A stretch of DNA of 29,415 nucleotides from Acidimicrobiaceae bacterium (lineage in GTDB: Bacteria > Actinomycetota > Acidimicrobiia > Acidimicrobiales > Poriferisodalaceae): NCBI GenBank assembly GCA_003452475.1, contig DMOB01000259.1, forward strand, positions 1 to 29,415. Reading direction: 5' to 3'. A program made the position numbers and the translations under genes. The notes under the pieces were generated by a model, which was not told the DNA's origin, did no database searches, and worked only from the letters and a program-made list of their open reading frames with translations. Below, piece after piece: positions 9,111-18,082 of the stretch (its first letter is position 1; every line of letters starts with the position of its first letter).

Positions 9111-9830
9111 ATGGGACGATTAACAGGCAAAGTTGCAATAATCACTGGAGGAGCTCGGGGTCAAGGAGCAGCCGAAGCTGAACTCTTCCGTGATGAAGGA
9201 GCGACAGTCATAATTACCGATGTCTTAGATGAAGATGGAGGTAAGACTGCAGCCCAGCTAGATGTTGAGTTTTTACATCACGATGTTTCGTCGGTAGATG
9301 ATTGGGAAACCGTAGTAGCTGACGTTATTGCGCACCATGGTCGGATTGATGTTCTTGTTAATAACGCCGGTATTTTACGTGGGGCAAGACTTGTGAATAC
9401 CAGTGATGAGATATGGAACGAAACTGTTGCGATAAACCAAACTGGCGTTTTCTTAGGAATGCGATCTGTTGCACCCCAGATGATTTCCCAAAAGTCCGGC
9501 TCTATTGTGAACCTGAGTTCAGTTGCCGGTTTAGAAGCAACGTTCGCATCAATGGCTTATGGAGCAACTAAATGGGCTGTTCGTGGAATGACTAAAATCG
9601 CTGCCCTGGAGCTTGGAAGAAGTAATATTAGAGTTAATTCGATTCATCCCGGTCTAATCAATACGGAAATGACTTCTGAGTTCGATAAAGAAAAAATGGT
9701 GAGAGGCATACCACTAGGTCGAGAAGCGGAAGCATCTGAAGTCGCTGCTCTTGCTCTTTTCTTAGCATCTGAGGAAGCGAGCTATTGCACCGGACAGGAA
9801 TTTACCGTTGATGGCGGTATGCATCGTTAG
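9111..9830 (+). CDS. Classical short-chain dehydrogenase/reductase (3-alpha,20-beta-HSD/FabG3-like)
   Basis: TGGARGQG, HHDVS, VLVNNAG, NLSSVAG, YGATK (YxxxK), IRVNSIHPG, TGQEFTVDGG. Confidence 0.95.
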   Translation: MGRLTGKVAIITGGARGQGAAEAELFRDEGATVIITDVLDEDGGKTAAQLDVEFLHHDVSSVDDWETVVADVIAHHGRIDVLVNNAGILRGARLVNTSDEIWNETVAINQTGVFLGMRSVAPQMISQKSGSIVNLSSVAGLEATFASMAYGATKWAVRGMTKIAALELGRSNIRVNSIHPGLINTEMTSEFDKEKMVRGIPLGREAEASEVAALALFLASEEASYCTGQEFTVDGGMHR

Positions 9831-11116
9831 TGAGTTCGCCAAATACTTTTAAAGCTTTAAAGGTTAAGCATTTCCCTTTACTACTTGTAGCCGGGTGGAC
9901 TTGGGGTTTATCGAGATGGGGTGTGTCCTTTATCGGGCCTTTTATTGCCCATGAGTTAACTGGTTCAGCCCGAATGGTTCAGCTAACTGGCGTGGCCTTA
10001 TGGGCCCCGATGCTTTTTGGAGGCATTATCGGTGGCTGGATCTCAGACCGATTCGACCGACGACGGACAATGATCTGCCAGTTCCTAGTGACAATTCCCG
10101 CATTGTTAGTTCTGAGCGCAACTGAATTTTTAGGGATTCTAGATGTTTGGATGATATACCCCGTTCTCTTTTTAGCTGGCGCTGGAATGGTGTTCGACAT
10201 GACAGGCCGAAGAGCAATCGTCTATGACTTGGTTGGTGCATCAAATATTGATAACGCGATGGCTTTGGAATCAACTGCGACCTCAACAGCGCTTGCCTTA
10301 GGTGCGCTTGCCGGAGGGTCTCTAATCCAAGCAGCAGGAATCGGATGGGCGTTAACAGTAATGGCTGGCTTGCAAATAATAGCTGTAGTTACCTTCAGCA
10401 TGGTTCCTAGAATTGACCGGCTTCAAAAAGCTACTGAGGGTGGCTTAAGCGCGATAACTGATGGCGTAAGAATGTTACGAACCGAGCGAGGTTTGATCAG
10501 CATTCTTGGGGTCACAGCATGCGTAAATTTCTTTTTTTTCGCCTCAACACCATTAATTCAGATTGTTGGACGGAAATTCGAAGTTGGCCCTGCCTTGCTA
10601 GGACTGCTCGCCTCAATGCTCGGAATGGGAATGTTCATCGGTTCATTGACTGTTGCGAAACGCCAGCCGAAACGGAGAGGGCGAACGTATGTTGTCGGCT
10701 CATTCGCAGCATTCTTCTTTATGAGTGGTTTTGCGTCAGCTCCTTGGTTTCTGCTCGCCGGACTAATGTTGCTAGTTGCAGCGATTGGCATGGGGCTATT
10801 CGGATCAACGCAAGCAGTGTTAGTCATGGACTCAGTTTCTGCTGATAAGAGAGGCAGGGCATTAGGTCTTCTGACTACAGCTATAGGCGTGCTGCCAATC
10901 GGGATGCTTCTCTTAGGTGAGCTAGCAGAAATTCTCGGACCTTCTTCAGCAATCGTAATTTCGGTGGCTAGTGGTGCAGTGCTGATGTCTATATTTCTGA
11001 AATTTCGCCCCGAGAGCTACCGCATTCTTGTTAAGCAGGTCCCGCCGGAAAAGACATTTATTGATTCAGCGTATTCTGGGTCGGTGTTTGCTGTGGAACC
11101 AGTCCTAAATAGCTAG
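9830..11116 (+). CDS. MFS transporter (DHA3/H+-antiporter-like)
   Basis: About 12 hydrophobic segments, motif A GGWISDRFDRRR, and RGRALG in the C-terminal half. The GTG start overlaps the SDR stop codon (TAGTG). Confidence 0.9.
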   Translation: MSSPNTFKALKVKHFPLLLVAGWTWGLSRWGVSFIGPFIAHELTGSARMVQLTGVALWAPMLFGGIIGGWISDRFDRRRTMICQFLVTIPALLVLSATEFLGILDVWMIYPVLFLAGAGMVFDMTGRRAIVYDLVGASNIDNAMALESTATSTALALGALAGGSLIQAAGIGWALTVMAGLQIIAVVTFSMVPRIDRLQKATEGGLSAITDGVRMLRTERGLISILGVTACVNFFFFASTPLIQIVGRKFEVGPALLGLLASMLGMGMFIGSLTVAKRQPKRRGRTYVVGSFAAFFFMSGFASAPWFLLAGLMLLVAAIGMGLFGSTQAVLVMDSVSADKRGRALGLLTTAIGVLPIGMLLLGELAEILGPSSAIVISVASGAVLMSIFLKFRPESYRILVKQVPPEKTFIDSAYSGSVFAVEPVLNS

Positions 11117-11761
11117 TCCAACTGTGTTTAACCAAGATCGAAGGTCAAAAAGAGACTCACCATTTATTTCATGTTGCATCGGATACTCGAAATACTGGGG
11201 CTCAAGGCCAGATTCAATAAGAGAATCACGAATGTTTCGACCTCTATCGATAGTAACCATTGGGTCGTCAATCCCATGTTGAACCAAAATAGACACCGGC
11301 GGACCATTTAGTTGATATTGAAAGTTAGGAACTGTTTGAAGCATCCCCGATAGACAAGCTAACCCAGCGGGCCGAACTGCCTTGCCAGCTCTAAAACATG
11401 ATGCCAATGCCATAGCACAACCTTGAGAAAAACCTAGTAACACACTTTCGGAATAGTCAAAAGATCCCCATTCGCATATCTCTTTAATCGTTTCATCGAT
11501 GGCATCAACTGATGCAATAAAAGTTTCTGATGCGATCGCACCTGCAGCATCTCTCTCATACCAAGCAGCCCCAAATGGAACGAGGTCTATCGGAGCTCGA
11601 AGACAAACAGAAAAAAACAAGCCTTCAGGGTCAATATGTGAAACGATTGGCGCCAGATCATTTTCGTCGGCTCCATAACCGTGAAGTAAAATAAGCAGAC
11701 GCGACCCCGGACCTGAAGATCCGATTGTGTTCAAGGTGAGTCGGGTATCTCTGTTGATCAT
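11105..11761 (-). CDS. Phospholipase/carboxylesterase family alpha/beta hydrolase; start revised from 11785 to ATG 11761
   Basis: LLHGYGAD, nucleophile GFSQG, HGIDDPMV (Asp), HEI (His). GGAG lies 5 nt upstream of ATG 11761. Confidence 0.9.
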   Translation of the reverse strand: MINRDTRLTLNTIGSSGPGSRLLILLHGYGADENDLAPIVSHIDPEGLFFSVCLRAPIDLVPFGAAWYERDAAGAIASETFIASVDAIDETIKEICEWGSFDYSESVLLGFSQGCAMALASCFRAGKAVRPAGLACLSGMLQTVPNFQYQLNGPPVSILVQHGIDDPMVTIDRGRNIRDSLIESGLEPQYFEYPMQHEINGESLFDLRSWLNTVGLAI

Positions 11762-11832
11762 TGGGGCTCCGGTGTCCGTAAGCAAATAAAACGTGTCGCG
11801 ATCTAACAGTAAATCACATACTGTAGGTTCTT

Positions 11833-12783
11833 GTGATCGTAGGAATCGACATCGGCGGAACTAAGGCTATGGCAGTATTGGTCGATCCTGCATCCAACCG
11901 GGTAGAAGCTAGCATTGTTGCTCCGAGCTCAGGCAATGATTTTGAGCTCGTTGAATCAATAGTTGACTTAATTACAAATCTCGATGATCAAACGGCTGCT
12001 TCAATTGATGCGGTCGGGCTGGCTGTAGCGGGTCTAGTAACATCGGAAGGCTCTGTTCGATATTCACCAAATCTTCCATCTTTGATAGAGTTTCCTTTGC
12101 AAGAACGAGTATCCAACGCCATTGGCCTGCCAGTTGCCGTCGCAAACGATGCGACTGCTGGGACTATTGCTGAAGCTGAAATTGGAGCGGGTAAGGGCTG
12201 TAAGAACTTTATCTTTGTGGCTCTTGGAACCGGAATAGGAACTGGTCTGGTTGTTGACGGCCACTTACTTAAGGGATCAAATGGCTTTGCTGGCGAGTCG
12301 GGGCATATGACAATAAACTACGACGGTGATCTCCACGTAACTGAACGACGAGGCCCGTGGGAGATGTACGGCTCAGGTAGCTCTCTTACACAGATGGCCC
12401 GGCAGGCCGTTTCGGCGAGGACCGTGAGTCTCGATGAGCTAAATGTTGCTCAGATTGATGACATTCTTGGTAGCCATTTAGTTTCAGCTATGACATCTGG
12501 TAACAAACATGCGGAAGAAATATTCAGCCAGTTTTGTAGAGATGTAGCTATTGGAATGTCTAATTTGGTCATGGTGGTGGATCCCAGTCTCATAATAATA
12601 GGCGGAGGATTAGCAAACATTGGTAGCCCTCTCATTCAAGGTATTAGCGAGTGGTTGCTTAAAATAGCCGTAGGTGCAGAGCATCGAGACCCTGTGCGAC
12701 TAGAACTCAGCCCGCTCGGCTCGGATGGTTGCGCGATAGGTGCTGCTTTACTTACCAAAAGTTTGCTTAAGAAGCAAAGTTGA
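11833..12783 (+). CDS. ROK family sugar kinase (glucokinase-like) with a degenerate zinc motif
   Basis: GIDIGGTK, PVAVANDA, LGTGIGTGLV, GFAGESGH, IIIGGG, GAIGAA. Confidence 0.9.
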   Translation: MIVGIDIGGTKAMAVLVDPASNRVEASIVAPSSGNDFELVESIVDLITNLDDQTAASIDAVGLAVAGLVTSEGSVRYSPNLPSLIEFPLQERVSNAIGLPVAVANDATAGTIAEAEIGAGKGCKNFIFVALGTGIGTGLVVDGHLLKGSNGFAGESGHMTINYDGDLHVTERRGPWEMYGSGSSLTQMARQAVSARTVSLDELNVAQIDDILGSHLVSAMTSGNKHAEEIFSQFCRDVAIGMSNLVMVVDPSLIIIGGGLANIGSPLIQGISEWLLKIAVGAEHRDPVRLELSPLGSDGCAIGAALLTKSLLKKQS

Positions 12784-12829
12784 GCTTGCTGATAGATGCC
12801 AGGGGCGCTTATAAAGCAGATGTAGCTTC

Positions 12830-14116
12830 GTGGGCCCTAGGATAGAACTTCACATGAGTTCTGATTCTGAAATGTTTGATAGCGGCCGGGCTTGGGCAGT
12901 TGCGGTCGGAGCGATGATCGCTGTCGGTATTTCATTTGGGGTCCTTTACACCTTTGGTGCTTTTGTTTCGTCAATGGCGACCGAATTCAACGCAGGGCTT
13001 GGTCTTACCTCTCTGATGTTTGGGATAACAATGTTCTTGTTTTTCGGAACAGGTTCGATATCTGGGCGTTGGTGTGATCGCTATGGCCCGCGCCCCCTTC
13101 TAGCAATCGGAGGCTCACTATTTGTTGGTGGTTTAATAGCGGCTTCCTTTACCACAGCTATTTGGCAAAGTTACGTGGTCTATGGACTCGGTTTGGGTTT
13201 CGGAGGCGGACTTTACTGTTCGCCCCTGTTCTCAACAGTTGCTACATTTTTTGTCAAGTACAGAGCCTTAGCCCAAGGTGTTGCAGCCACGGGTTCAGGA
13301 ATTGGTACTTTGCTACTGGTTCCATTTGCTAAATCGTTAATTCAGACCGAGGGGTGGCGAGGAGCGTTTCGTGTTCTAGCGGTGATATCAGCAGTGTGCC
13401 TAGTGGCAGCCACATTTTTAGTAAGACGATCTCCAGTGCAAACTCAGGCGAATTCTAAAAACCATGTAGGTCTAGTAACTAAAACACCTGAGTTTAAAAT
13501 TTTATGCGGTTCCAGCGCGTTGATGTCAACCGCTCTGATGGCAGCTTTCGCTTTCGTTATTCGGTTTGCTGAAGAAGACGGTATTAGCTCTAACAGAGCT
13601 GCTCTTTTAATCAGCGCAATTGGGGGTTCGAGTATTCTTGGACGTTTGTTACTGACAAGTTTTGCTGGACGCCTCGGAGCTGTTCGTCTTTTGCAACTGT
13701 CATTTGCTGCTCAGCCAGTTGCATATTTAGTTTGGATGTTCGCTAATGGGAAATACTGGCTATTGATGATTTTCGCCTTGCTGCTGGGCGTCACCTACGG
13801 GGGTTACGTGGCTCTTATGGGAGCTGTAGCCGCTCACTATTTTGGAATGATCGGCATTGGATCGGTTATGGGGTACATCTTCCTTTTCAGCGGGGTTGGT
13901 AGCCTTATCGGACCTCCGCTCGCAGGTTTTTTGACTGACATGGCATCTACACGCTTTGTCCCCCTTGGCGTTATTTTCTTCATGTCACTGATGGGTGCAT
14001 TGATTCTTGCTAGAGGGTCTCGTGATCCAGTTAATTTTGAAGCTGGCGAGCCGAAAAATAATGTTGTTGACCTTCGTGAGAGACAACCAATTGTTTTCAC
14101 TCTTGAACCCGCATGA
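12830..14116 (+). CDS. MFS transporter (monocarboxylate/OFA-like); start may be ATG 12854
   Basis: About 12 TM segments, GRWCDRYGPR (motif A), GLGLGFG, FVKYRALAQGVAATGSGIG, AGRLG. Confidence 0.9.
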   Translation: MGPRIELHMSSDSEMFDSGRAWAVAVGAMIAVGISFGVLYTFGAFVSSMATEFNAGLGLTSLMFGITMFLFFGTGSISGRWCDRYGPRPLLAIGGSLFVGGLIAASFTTAIWQSYVVYGLGLGFGGGLYCSPLFSTVATFFVKYRALAQGVAATGSGIGTLLLVPFAKSLIQTEGWRGAFRVLAVISAVCLVAATFLVRRSPVQTQANSKNHVGLVTKTPEFKILCGSSALMSTALMAAFAFVIRFAEEDGISSNRAALLISAIGGSSILGRLLLTSFAGRLGAVRLLQLSFAAQPVAYLVWMFANGKYWLLMIFALLLGVTYGGYVALMGAVAAHYFGMIGIGSVMGYIFLFSGVGSLIGPPLAGFLTDMASTRFVPLGVIFFMSLMGALILARGSRDPVNFEAGEPKNNVVDLRERQPIVFTLEPA

Positions 14117-14205
14117 GAACCAGCAGCCGAGTTAGCTGCAAAAGAAGTAATATCAATAGTGAGATTGCATAGGGGCTAGTTTGCGATCGAAAGGGGCTTA
14201 GCTAT

Positions 14206-15384
14206 ATGACAGCAGTAAGCGAAATTTTTCCTGGGATTAGCATTATTGACTCTGACACCCATTGGTCTGAGCCTCCAGATCTCTGGACGAGTCTGGCTCC
14301 GGCTAAGTACAAAGATTTAGTGCCTCAGATGAAAGAACATAACGGCCGTCGAAAGTGGGTAGTGAATGGAGATATTCCGATAGCTGGGAGCTCTGCCGTT
14401 AGCGCAATACTTCCCGATGGTGAGAAGATGTTGGGCTTAAATTTTCTAAAAGCTGATATAGAAATGGTTCATGCCGCCTCCTATGACTGTGACGCTCGAC
14501 TAAAGTTAATGGACCAGATGGGTGTCAGCCATGGCATTGTTTATCCAAATGTTGGAGGATTTGGTAACCAAAATTTTTTGAAAGTTGAGGATCGCTCATT
14601 AAGGATTGCATGCGTCGAAATTTATAACGATTGGATGAGCGATCTTCAGAGCCGTTCCGGAGAGCGAATACTGCCAATGGCGCTGGTTCCATGGTGGGAT
14701 ATCGATGCCTGCATAGTCGAAGTGGAGCGTATGCATAAAAATGGGTCGCGAGGCATAGTTATGTGCTCTAATCCGCATGATTCGGGTATGCCTAACTTCT
14801 CCCAACCACAATGGAGGCCGTTCTGGGAAACGTGCGAAAGCCTCGAGATGCCAATTAATTTTCATATTGGTGCTTCTGAGGGCGATATCGATTGGTCAGG
14901 GAAAGTTCCATACGAGACTTGGCCTGGAGATGTAAAAATCTCTCTCGGTGGTGCAGCAATCTTCCTTGGACAACTCAGGTGGATGGTTAACCTTCTCGTT
15001 AGTGATGTCCCTGAGCTATACCCGAACCTAAAGTTTGTTTCTGTCGAAAGCGGTGTTGGTTGGATACCCTTTCTGCTGGACGCTCTTGACTATCAGTGCG
15101 GCGAAACAGCTCCTCAGCACCTCGCCCACTTATCTCTCAAACCATCAGACTATTTCCGGCGTCAATTTTATGGATGCTTTTGGTTTGAGTCACGAACCCT
15201 TGGTCCGGCAATTGAGCATCTTGGTCCTGACCGAATAATGTTTGAGACAGATATTCCTCACCCGACATGTTTATATCCTCATAGCGTTGAGCGAGTTAGA
15301 AACGCCATAAGCGAGCTAGACCCAGTTATTCAAAAAAAAATACTTCAAGATAATGCTGCCGACTTGTACAAAATCAAGGTCTGA
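14206..15384 (+). CDS. Amidohydrolase family protein (Amidohydro_2, decarboxylase/hydrolase type)
   Basis: IIDSDTHWSEP, YNDW, PINFHIG, FVSVESGVGWIP, RIMFETDIPHP. AGGGG SD upstream. Confidence 0.92.
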   Translation: MTAVSEIFPGISIIDSDTHWSEPPDLWTSLAPAKYKDLVPQMKEHNGRRKWVVNGDIPIAGSSAVSAILPDGEKMLGLNFLKADIEMVHAASYDCDARLKLMDQMGVSHGIVYPNVGGFGNQNFLKVEDRSLRIACVEIYNDWMSDLQSRSGERILPMALVPWWDIDACIVEVERMHKNGSRGIVMCSNPHDSGMPNFSQPQWRPFWETCESLEMPINFHIGASEGDIDWSGKVPYETWPGDVKISLGGAAIFLGQLRWMVNLLVSDVPELYPNLKFVSVESGVGWIPFLLDALDYQCGETAPQHLAHLSLKPSDYFRRQFYGCFWFESRTLGPAIEHLGPDRIMFETDIPHPTCLYPHSVERVRNAISELDPVIQKKILQDNAADLYKIKV

Positions 15385-15391
15385 ACGTTCT

Positions 15392-15949
15392 ATGCCGGGG
15401 CGAGGAAATGTTCACGAAGAACCAGGAGTTGGAACCGTTGAGTCCTTTCCTCTCAAAGCAGAGGAATCAGAATTGGTTTCATTAATTGAAGAAATTTTTT
15501 TACACTGGAAAGAGATAAGTTTCGGGCCAATTATTCAAGGTGCCGCTTATGAAATACGCGCACCAAAAAAACCAACCATGAGCACCCTAGACGGTTACCT
15601 GACCTTAGACTTCGGAAAATGGCATATTCATCTGTGTGTAGGGGAGACAAAAGGAGAACCTGGATTTCCTACTGATCCTTATGTAGCCGAGATCCGCCGC
15701 TGCGGCAAAGTTGAGTTATATAGGCTAGTAAGAGAAGAAGGCCCTGTCTCATGGGGATGTCGAATGTTCAATGGCTTAGGTGAGCAGATGCTGACTGTTC
15801 TATTGCCCAATCCGTTCTTAGATGGCAACAGCACAACAGATGAACCTGACTGGGAATGTTTAGATCTTTGGAATCACCTTCGTCTTAAATTTTTAGGTCT
15901 ACAGCCGGATGACTTTGACCAAAAATCAAATGGGTTTATACATGGCTGA
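15392..15949 (+). CDS. Conserved hypothetical protein, possibly HutX/ChuX(HemS)-like fold; start revised from 15353 to ATG 15392
   Basis: Well-formed ORF 7 nt after the amidohydrolase stop. Motifs DGYLTLDFGKWHIHLC and SWGCRMFNGLGEQMLTVLLPNPF. The fold assignment is an inference. Confidence 0.75.
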   Translation: MPGRGNVHEEPGVGTVESFPLKAEESELVSLIEEIFLHWKEISFGPIIQGAAYEIRAPKKPTMSTLDGYLTLDFGKWHIHLCVGETKGEPGFPTDPYVAEIRRCGKVELYRLVREEGPVSWGCRMFNGLGEQMLTVLLPNPFLDGNSTTDEPDWECLDLWNHLRLKFLGLQPDDFDQKSNGFIHG

Positions 15950-15995
15950 TATCCCCAAATTTTAACTTCAATTTTTGAGAGTAGGTTTCACTTCC

Positions 15996-17219
15996 ATGAA
16001 TGCACCATTGTCTGACATCGTTGTGCTTGATCTTACGAGAGCATTAGCAGGTCCGATCTGCTCTAGGCTGCTTAGTGATTTGGGTGCCCGTGTAATAAAA
16101 ATTGAGCCTCCTGATGGTGACTTGACTCGGTCACTAGTTCCTCGAGTTGATGGACAATCACCGTATTTTGTGCAGTACAACGCTGGAAAAGAGTGCGTTT
16201 CAATCGACTTGGCTGCCAAAGGTGGACGTGACTTGTTTCTAGAGATGGTTACGCGAGCCGATATGGTTCTTGAAAATTATCGCCCAAAGGTAATGAGTCG
16301 CTTAGGTCTTACTTATGAAGTGCTAAGCGAAGTGAATCCCCGGGTTATTCTTGGATCAATTAGTGGTTGGGGCCATGGGAATTCTCGATCAAACCAAGGG
16401 GCTTTTGCGTCAGCTATCCATGCGGAAGCTGGAATAACTGAAATGGTGGCTCGGCGTCGCGAAGAGCAGCCGCAAAATGATCCCATGTCGCATTCAGATA
16501 CATGCACTGGTCTGCATGCGCTTGGAGCAGTGTTGGCTGCGTTGTATATGCGAGAACGCACTGGGAAAGGTCAGGCTGTTGAGATCTCAATGGCTGAAAG
16601 CACCTTGATGGTCAACGATCTTGCAGCAGTGGAGATGACCGGTGAGGACCCGATGGTTGGTTTTAAAGGCGGCCAGAATTGGTCCCCGGTGCTTCAACTT
16701 GGTAATGGGCGTTACGTGAACGTGACTTTAGATATTACTACTGCCGACGGATTCAAGACATTGTGTCGTGTCATGAAAATTGATGGGCTTAGCAGCGATG
16801 CTCGATTCGCTGCGATAGAAGACCGAGTTCGAAACAGAGATCAGCTCACTGCAATATTTGCTAAATACGTGATTCAGTTTAATTCAGCGGAAGAGCTCGA
16901 AGCAGATATCGGCGTGAGCGCCGTTCTGGCATCTGAAGTTAAATCAGTTCCTGAGCTAGCTGCAACAAAATGGGCTGAAGAGCGAGGTGCTTTTATTAAC
17001 GTGGATACCGGTAGGGGCAAAGCGGTAAAAGTTCCACAATCACCATGGCGTTTTGGTGATGCTGCCGCTGGTGTTAAACCAACAATCGCGTACAGAGGGG
17101 AAAACAACAGAACGACATTGCAAGAACTCCTTGGCCTGACGAATGCCGCTATTGATTCTCTTGAGGCAGATGGTGTTCTGAGCAGTCGACCTCCAAGCTG
17201 GCATGAAGACTCCAGCTAA
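15996..17219 (+). CDS. Family III (CaiB/BaiF) CoA-transferase; start revised from 15975 to ATG 15996
   Basis: APLSDIVVLDLT, GARVIKIEPP-GD, NAGKECVSIDL, ADMVLENYRP, HSD (catalytic Asp region), YRGENN. Confidence 0.92.
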   Translation: MNAPLSDIVVLDLTRALAGPICSRLLSDLGARVIKIEPPDGDLTRSLVPRVDGQSPYFVQYNAGKECVSIDLAAKGGRDLFLEMVTRADMVLENYRPKVMSRLGLTYEVLSEVNPRVILGSISGWGHGNSRSNQGAFASAIHAEAGITEMVARRREEQPQNDPMSHSDTCTGLHALGAVLAALYMRERTGKGQAVEISMAESTLMVNDLAAVEMTGEDPMVGFKGGQNWSPVLQLGNGRYVNVTLDITTADGFKTLCRVMKIDGLSSDARFAAIEDRVRNRDQLTAIFAKYVIQFNSAEELEADIGVSAVLASEVKSVPELAATKWAEERGAFINVDTGRGKAVKVPQSPWRFGDAAAGVKPTIAYRGENNRTTLQELLGLTNAAIDSLEADGVLSSRPPSWHEDSS

Positions 17220-17230
17220 ATCGGGAATTT

Positions 17231-18016
17231 TTAGATGTCTGGGATACTCAGAAAGTCAGGTTCACGTTTTTGAATAAAAGCAGATACAGCTTCTTGGTTG
17301 GCTGGTGCGCCGAGGAGAGATGCGTAGGCACCGATCTCGCGTTTGTGTGCTGCCCATGCCTCAGTTGAGCGACCCGAATCCATCATCAGCTGTTTAGTTG
17401 CGATAAGAGAAGGAATTGGATTAATTGCTAGTTCCTGAGCGACACTCATAGCCTCTTCTAACAAGGTTTCTTGCTCAGTAACTCGCCAGACAAGGCCCAT
17501 GCTTTTACATTCATCTGCGGAGAACCAACGCCCTGACATGAGAGTGTAGGCAGCATTTTGCCAACCCATTCGCGTTGCGAAGGTATAACTGCTTCCTGCT
17601 TCGGGTGCAAGCCCAAGTTGCGGGAATGGAGTCCTAAGCCGAGCGCTGCTAGCCATAAAAACGAGATCACAATGTGCCAAAAACGTCATGCCGATACCGA
17701 CACCTAAGCCGTTAACAGCTGCTATTAGCGGCTTTCGGAAATTCGTAAGTTGTTGAAGCATCGCTGGAAATTGATGAGCGGTAGTTTCGCCTTCAAGGCC
17801 TTGTTGCATCTCAGTGAGATCTTGTCCAGCAGAGAATGCTCTACCCGCACCGGTGACGATTGTTACAGCCACGCTGTTGTCGATTTCGGCAGCGGCTAAT
17901 GCTTCCTTAATCCCAGCAAAGACATCATTATTCATCGAGTTAAGTGCTTGCGGTCGGTTGATGATTACTGTTCTTACTCGACCATGATCTTCTGTTATTA
18001 CTGAATTTTCGCCCAT
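17231..18016 (-). CDS. Crotonase-superfamily enzyme, probably delta3,delta2-enoyl-CoA isomerase-like
   Basis: INRPQALNS, GRAFSAGQDL, KPLIAAVNGLGVGIG, TPFPQLGLAPEAGSS. Confidence 0.9.
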   Translation of the reverse strand: MGENSVITEDHGRVRTVIINRPQALNSMNNDVFAGIKEALAAAEIDNSVAVTIVTGAGRAFSAGQDLTEMQQGLEGETTAHQFPAMLQQLTNFRKPLIAAVNGLGVGIGMTFLAHCDLVFMASSARLRTPFPQLGLAPEAGSSYTFATRMGWQNAAYTLMSGRWFSADECKSMGLVWRVTEQETLLEEAMSVAQELAINPIPSLIATKQLMMDSGRSTEAWAAHKREIGAYASLLGAPANQEAVSAFIQKREPDFLSIPDI

Positions 18017-18067
18017 TGTCGAATACTGCCACGACTACTTAATGCATGCTGTACAAATCATTGATAT

Positions 18068-18076
18068 TGCTAAAAT
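18068..18076 (+). promoter_or_regulatory. Extended -10 promoter (TGC-TAAAAT) of a leaderless transcript
   Basis: TGnTAAAAT exactly 6 nt before ATG 18083, with no SD sequence. Confidence 0.55.
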
Positions 18077-18082
18077 AAAAAT

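Noticed and set aside
14123-14143. GCAGC-N7-GCTGC hairpin as a terminator after the MFS gene
   Set aside because: The stem is only 5 bp and is followed by A residues rather than a U-tract on the coding strand.
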